Shown: piece by piece, positions 51,032 through 52,395 of the stretch
Position numbering within the stretch: the first letter of the stretch is position 1
Layout of the letters: every line of letters starts with the position of its first letter
Origin: Octopus bimaculoides
Lineage: Eukaryota
Length of the DNA: 52,395 bases
NCBI RefSeq assembly: GCF_001194135.2
Contig: NC_068993.1
Coordinates: 18,571,126 to 18,623,520, forward strand
Direction: 5' to 3'
Notes under the pieces: model-generated
What the model saw: the letters and a program-made list of their open reading frames with translations, nothing else
The model's database searches: none
Told to the model about the DNA's origin: nothing
Translations under genes and position numbers: made by a program

Positions 51032-52224
51032 TATATATATATGGAACGTCTACATATATTTGCATATGTATGTATGTATTTACTAAACCTAAATTGCGCC
51101 AAGTTCGTTCCGTAGTTTGTACCCTGCTTTGTTCTCAACAAATAATATAATTACACACAAACACACGCATACACACACGCGTACACTACATGCATTTCTT
51201 ACATAAGGACAATATGAATGATTGTAAAATTTTATAATGGAAGTAATCGATCTCAATAAATCATGATTTGTAACTGGTTTACTAGTTTGATATGTTAGTT
51301 GAACAACACCAATAGGGAGAAGCTAAACAGTAAAGGAGATTTTGCCCTGCCCTCGGGTGTTTCCGCCAACACACCACATAATTTCTTACCATTGCCTTGA
51401 TTCAACTTTCCTTTGTGTTTTTTAGCTTCCTCGTGCTCTAAAGAAGACAAAATAAATAAATAGATAAAGAAAGAAATAAAAAAAATATACTGGTGTACTC
51501 TTCATAGAAAGTTGAAAAAGCAACGCCTTATCTTGAAGTTAGAAACTCAGATATGTAAAGCTAATACTTTGTTATGCTAAAGTCATTAGCTATATTTGAT
51601 TACAACAGAAGTATGAGAACATTTTTTTTCTTTTTTGTTTTGGATACTAAATCTTTTGTATCGATTTTCTAAACACTTAAATCATATTTTTAATAACATG
51701 CGATACTGCTGGTTCCTTGTTACGGATGAACGTTTCAGAGCCACTATATTAATTTATAGAAATAAGCCATTTATTATTATTGTGAATTTGAATAAAAAGT
51801 CGGATTTTCTTAAAGTTAGTGACTACTGTAAGCTTTTTTTCTCTTTTTTTTTTATTTAAGCTCCGCTTAATAATTTAATGAACAAATGTCAAACAAGTTG
51901 TCAAAATGATAATAAATTTTATATCATGTCGTAAACGGACTCCTGCAATGTTGAAGAAGTACGTTCTAAGATGAACCTAAATAAGATTTGAACCCAGAAT
52001 CAACGCATGACAAAAAGCGCGCAGCATTTCCCGACATGCTCTACTGAATCTCACATGTACCATACGGTTTTAATACATACATACATACATACATACATAC
52101 GCAATTACGTACGTATGTATGTGTGTGTGTGTATGTGTGTATGCACGTACGTATGTATGCATGTATGCGTGTGTATACACCCACACATATATACATACAT
52201 ACAATGTAATACATTGTAACATAA

Positions 52225-52363
52225 TTTAGTATAGTGTAATATAATATAATATAATATAATATATAATATAATATATTAGTATAACTTAAGACAACATAAT
52301 ATATTATAATATAATATAATATAATATAATATAATATAATATAAAATAATTTAATATAATATG

Positions 52364-52394
<31 letters not shown>

Positions 52395-52395
52395 T
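52225..52395. repeat. (TATAA)n then (TA)n
   Basis: Direct reading. Confidence 0.95.

Overview
This is AT-rich, microsatellite-saturated, gap-ridden eukaryotic DNA. The repeat families, recognised from memory, point to an octopus (coleoid cephalopod) draft assembly; this is inference, not a database result. I find no supportable host protein-coding gene, RNA gene or CRISPR array, so the window reads as intergenic or deep-intronic. Almost all long ORFs in the track are microsatellite or N-gap artefacts. The recognisable coding sequence is all dead transposon: a full-length DD34D mariner (44899-46148), an internally deleted mariner nested in an RTE LINE (18787-19661), an internally deleted DD41D (rosa-type) element (17487-18300), a near-complete FLYWCH+MULE (Phantom-like) Mutator (38448-40285), CR1 and RTE LINE 3' fragments, a Penelope GIY-YIG remnant and a twin C2H2-finger LINE-like end. 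Around these are several MITE families and four tRNA-derived SINE families, called SINE-A to SINE-D here, plus a (CAA)n-tailed element E. I do not see a new enzymatic or defence system. The most unusual structure is a stack of three apparently independent SINE insertions into one regenerated 16-bp target (49708-50223). Other notable observations are a SINE family that acts as a microsatellite nursery, modular SINE tail sharing, a TSD-dated SINE-in-SINE insertion, and tight inverted SINE pairs that could be ADAR substrates. Boundaries of degenerate repeats are approximate.
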